A model generated the notes under the pieces. That model did no database searches, was not told the DNA's origin, and saw only the letters and a program-made list of their open reading frames with translations. DNA of 64,000 bases from the human T2T-CHM13v2.0 reference genome, Homo sapiens: NCBI RefSeq assembly GCF_009914755.1, contig NC_060928.1; one strand, 5' to 3'. The position numbers and the translations under genes are program-made. Positions 59,311 to 64,000 of this stretch are shown here, piece by piece; position 1 is the stretch's first letter; each line of letters begins with the position of its first letter.

Positions 59311-59532
59311 CCCCTCACCCTCACTTTATTTTTATAACTTGAAGTCACTAAGAAGGCTTACACCTCCTATGCTGTCCCTGGGTTTTTACCTCCCATGCTT
59401 CTAAGGAAACAGAAAAATAGGTAGAGGAAATATAAGCAGAAGGATCAGCAGCAAATTCTAGTTTGCTCTAGAATTTGGAAAACCTAAATCAGAAATGCTC
59501 TAAAAGCTGTTTCAACTTGGAGAGAAATATCT

Positions 59533-60240
59533 TTCATTCATTCAAATATATTTATGGAATAATATTACCTGCCAGGTAATGTGCTAAGCACTAAAGACAC
59601 AAGAAGAAAAATACACGGTTCCTGTTGAAAAGGAACTTAAAATTTAGGAAAAAGAAATACATATAAACAACAATACATTACAATAATTGATCTACTAGCT
59701 ATTGAAAGTGTAGAAGAACATAGGAGAGAGGGTAGAAATTCTAACTGCAGGAATCAAGGAAAGATTCAGAGATGAGATACCAAAAAGGGAGCAATCAGGA
59801 AGGAGGGCACTCAAGGCAGATGGGTCAGTTCATGGAAAGGAAGAGGTAGAAAAGTAAGTCATGTGAGGAGAATCATAAATATTGAGTATTGGTAGAGGAG
59901 AGTGGTAGGAAGTGAGACTGATCGAGTTAAGGCAAATACCAAAACATTTTGGCATAATGGTAAAGAAGCTTAGACTTCATCAGCTAAGCGAGGGCAAAGG
60001 AAGAACATTGAGCATGGGATAATTTAATCAATTCAAATGTGTGCAAGATCATTTGTTGACTGGATTGGAGAGTGGTGAACCTCAAGGCTCTCAAGTCCAA
60101 AAAAAACACCTCTGTGATCATCCAGGCAAGATATGATGAGCTTCTAAGCCAGGAAGTTACTTAAGATGGAGAGGATCATAGAGAGGGGATAAACATTTTG
60201 GCCCTAGAGTTGACAGAATTAGACATTGAGAGCAAGGAAG
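59533..60240 (-). mobile_element. L2 3' end
   Basis: ttcattcattcaaatatatttatgg...tgccaggtaatgtgctaagcact. Confidence 0.7.
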
Positions 60241-60732
60241 AGATGTTATATTAGCTAAGTCTTTCCAGGCATCAAATCAGCATTTCCATCCATTCTCAAG
60301 TTCTTTTTATGATCACTCACAAAACTGTGATGTTATATTAGTGAGACTTCTTTGTCATGACCAAAGACAAAGTGTGTAGTCTATATTTAAACCTTCTGAG
60401 AACTAAGTGATAGCCAGAGTTCATATATGTATCAAAGATGTGCTTATTGTGTAGGATGATTATGTCAGGTTATAAAATCTACCTAGGCTGACAGGCTGTG
60501 GTTCTACCTCTCCCAAGTCCTAAATGAGGCTGATTGATGCAATTAAGGAATGAATGTACAATTATGGTCACTCATCTTTATCCCATTCTCTCACCCAAAT
60601 GTACTCAATTTAGAAATAAGTCCAAGCGACAACTAGAACTTATTTATAGAACATATTCAATTTACGTTTCCTACTAGGACTTGGGGAGTATTTTAACCCT
60701 CTACTTATCAATTTGTTTAGTTAACTACTTAC

Positions 60733-60891
60733 ATGATCTTTTGTTTCTCTATGGATTTTTTAACTTTTCGAAGTTTGTTAGCCATGACATGGGCTTCTTT
60801 ATCAGCTTTGGGAGGCCTTTTTGTCTCCTGCTTTTTCTTTAGGAAAGTGCTCACACTTTCAGCTGCGTTTTCTACAGCTCCTAACTTGAAT
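60733..60891 (-). CDS. DDX60: DDX60 coding exon (most 5' exon in window; FKLGAVENAAESVSTFLKKKQETKRPPKADKEAHVMANKLRKVKKSIEKQKI)
   Basis: tttccag|A acceptor, AT|gtaagt donor, 159 nt, phase 2-2; joins in frame to the next exon (AT+A = Ile). Confidence 0.93.
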
Positions 60892-62012
60892 CTGGAAATA
60901 AAAAGAATGTGCGCCTTGAAAATAACATCATAAATACAATTCAAAACCATATTTCCATCTACTACTATCATCCCGACATCTGCCTGTTGGGTTTTTAATA
61001 CCCACCTTTATAAATGTTACCCAGAATGTGCACACCAGGTGTTCTGAATCAGCAGACTCCTTATTAACTACCTTATAGTAAATAATGTTGCCTACCCTCC
61101 CCTTCTCCCTCCCCACTCCCCCCCACCCCACCCCGCCACCCAGACATTACCCCTGGGACAATGCAATCAGAACTCGTGGAAATTTTTCCTCTAAGAGTAG
61201 TCAAATATTCCATAAGCAAGGAACAGAGAACAATGGTTTTTCTCCGTTTATCTCCATTTATATGCAGAAGACAGATAGCTATCCCCAACACCACCCTTCT
61301 CTAAAAATGAGAAAAAAAAGATTAATCAACAAAAAATTGTTCTTTTGGTAGAAGGTGAGAACCTATGATTCTTTCCCAAAGAATAAACCCTAGTTGTTGC
61401 TGGACTTTGCAATGCAGAAATGTCTCCAAGGTCTGGGCTTTATACTTCTTGAAATGTAAATACCTAGGAATATAGTGATCCATACTTCCTGGCACCCTGG
61501 GGCTCAACCTAGCAACCTGGTCTAGGTTGGCTTTCTCAGATCTGAGCAATTAGCTACAAATTGCTAGACATTTATAGACAAATGGCTGCAGATCAAATTC
61601 TCCTGATACATGAAAAGTAAAATGTTTCTAGAGGAAGTAAAGGCAAACATTTCCTATGTTTATTTCACATGCATTTCCCTGTGTCAAGAAGCTAGGGCTT
61701 TTTACAGGAGCACTGAAAAGCCCAGGGAGGTCTTATTTCTCCACTGCATCTTGGTGGCAAAATGCTGTGGCTGCAAGTAGCCAGTAGCTATTGCCACTAT
61801 ATTAACCATAGCTTATTATAGCAAGTCATAGATTTGGTTTGTATAATAAAGCTTTTTAAATCTATGTTGTGAAGCAAAGGGCCTTTCTAAAGTTTTTATA
61901 GAGCTAACATCAAAAGGAAATGTGTTTAGCTACTAAACAGTAAATAAACTGGCACACTGGTGAAGTAAGAATTTTAAAACTGAGAGTCTATGCCACATGG
62001 CAAGAAATTTCA

Positions 62013-62347
<335 letters not shown>

Positions 62348-62727
62348 TTATACACAGTTGTCAGGCATTATTCTCAGTGACTTCAGTATGTTAACTCATT
62401 TAGTACTCACAACAATCCTATGAAGAAGGCACTATTAATATTAATATTTCTATTAATATCCTTATTGCCAGATTCAGTGACCTGCCCAAGAGCCCACAGT
62501 TTATATGTGGCAGAGTCTGGCCTGCAGGCCCCTGTTCTCAAATCCTGTTTTTAACTGACATATGTTGCTTCTCTTTTTACATTAATGCAAGTTACTGGGG
62601 CCTAGGAATATATTACTTTTTAAAATAGTGTCACTTTCATCATAGCACTTCATTTTTAAAAAACTCTTGTTCAAAGATCACTTAGAAATAATGTTGCCTC
62701 TTAAATCTCTCTGATAACCTACATTTT

Positions 62728-63178
62728 ATGTCAACCAAAACAAAACCAAAGAAAAAATATCTCCAAATATGTTGACTATATTTGGAATTAGAAATGAGAA
62801 TTATAACCCAAGATGCACAGCTATGGCAAGCCACATATGTATCTGAAGGGAGGAAGATAAAAGGAAGCTTGTACTGGCAAAAGGGGAAGTTCACATAAGC
62901 TGCTTAGAAACACAGTTCTTTGGTTTTGGAGACGCAAAACCAGAGCTGGCATCAATTTATCGGTGGAGATGCCATTACTGGGTGGGTGTTCTTTCAAGGG
63001 CATCTTATCTGAATTGCTTCAGCAGTAAATAAAGAACTGCCTGTGGGATTATTTTAGAAAGTCCTTGAGACAGTTTATCTCAGCCATGCAAGCATGAACA
63101 ACCCGCCTTCATGCTCTCTCAGCTCCAGTCTGTTTGGATCTGACAAAAAGGGATCATCCTGGTATCTGCAACTTTCAC
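62728..63178 (-). mobile_element. ERV1-class solo LTR
   Basis: Reverse complement begins tgtgaaagttgcagataccaggatga and ends ...ttgaca. Confidence 0.6.
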
Positions 63179-63730
63179 AAGAATGAATGCGACCTAGAGA
63201 TTAGACCTTATTCAATAACATTTTTGTAGCACTGTACTAAGTGCTTTCATAACTTATGTTTATTTAATTCTCACTCCAATCCTTTGTACTATTATTCTGA
63301 TCATCTCATTTTGCAAATAAGTAAATTAAGGCTTAAAGTCATTAAGTAGCTGTCCAGAAATAACACAATTCATGGGGGCAGAGGTGGGATCCAAGTTTGG
63401 GTCTGGCCATGAAGTGTGTGCCCTTAAGCACACACTGCCATTGCCATCAAACACTGAATATGCTCCATGTATTTTTTTTTTAAGAGATCAGACTGCAAAA
63501 GGCTTAAGGGTACACTACTATTTGAAAAGCTCCTAGAGGTAAAACTTGAGCCCAGAAAAATCCTCAGATCTCTTGATGATCTGGGATCAAATTGTGTAAT
63601 ACCAAGGATGTTCACAGTTTATTTTGTAGAGAATTCAAGAGTCATATAAACATGCCAAGCTTCAATTCTTCAAGTATAATTAAACTTTTGATGTTTTCTG
63701 AAATATTTTAGTTTTAAAATATTTTAAGTA

Positions 63731-64000
63731 TGTGAAGGATTTTGGAACATGCTACTCCCAAAATATACCACTCTGGCATATTAACTATTTTGAGTTGAAA
63801 GCACTAGAAAAAACAGCAGGGTCAAGAAGATCACTCTGATCTTCTTTCTTTTTCTTAAAAGTAGCAGATTAAATGCCCACAAAAATATGTTTTCATACCC
63901 GAAGGACAGTAACACTCCTATCTTCAAAGATGGGAACTTGAAGACAAGGGAAATCTATACTAAAAAACCTTGTTAAACTAACTCTTACCTTCCTAGTCAC
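63731..64000 (+). mobile_element. ERV1-class LTR (MER31/MER34-like), cut by window end
   Basis: tgaaggattttggaacatgctactcccaaaatataccactctggcatattaactattttgagttgaa. Confidence 0.6.

Overview
Primate (very probably human) genomic DNA. The minus strand carries the 3' part of DDX60, the interferon-induced Ski2-like DExD/H-box RNA helicase gene. I mapped 13 coding exons by hand (60891 down to the TAA at 21965-21967). All have GT-AG junctions and compatible phases, and together they encode the last ~579 aa, including helicase motifs V and VI and ending ...FWEKLNKV*. A ~640-nt 3' UTR follows, with AATAAA at 21344-21349. Positions 1-21 kb are intergenic. That region and the introns are dominated by interspersed repeats: L1 of several ages, ~13 Alus, two full-length MaLR proviruses, solo LTRs, Tigger3, L2, MIR and microsatellites. 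Almost all ORF-track ORFs are repeat-derived. I see no evidence of a new multi-gene system. The most interesting signals are retrotransposition events readable from target-site duplications: an L1PB 3' transduction, an unidentified 215-bp retrocopy, two twin-priming inversions, a 5'UTR-only L1PA piece with a frameshifted ORF0, an in-place micro-inversion, and a ~75-bp direct repeat bracketing a DDX60 exon. Repeat subfamily names come from recalled consensus sequences and need RepeatMasker/Dfam confirmation.
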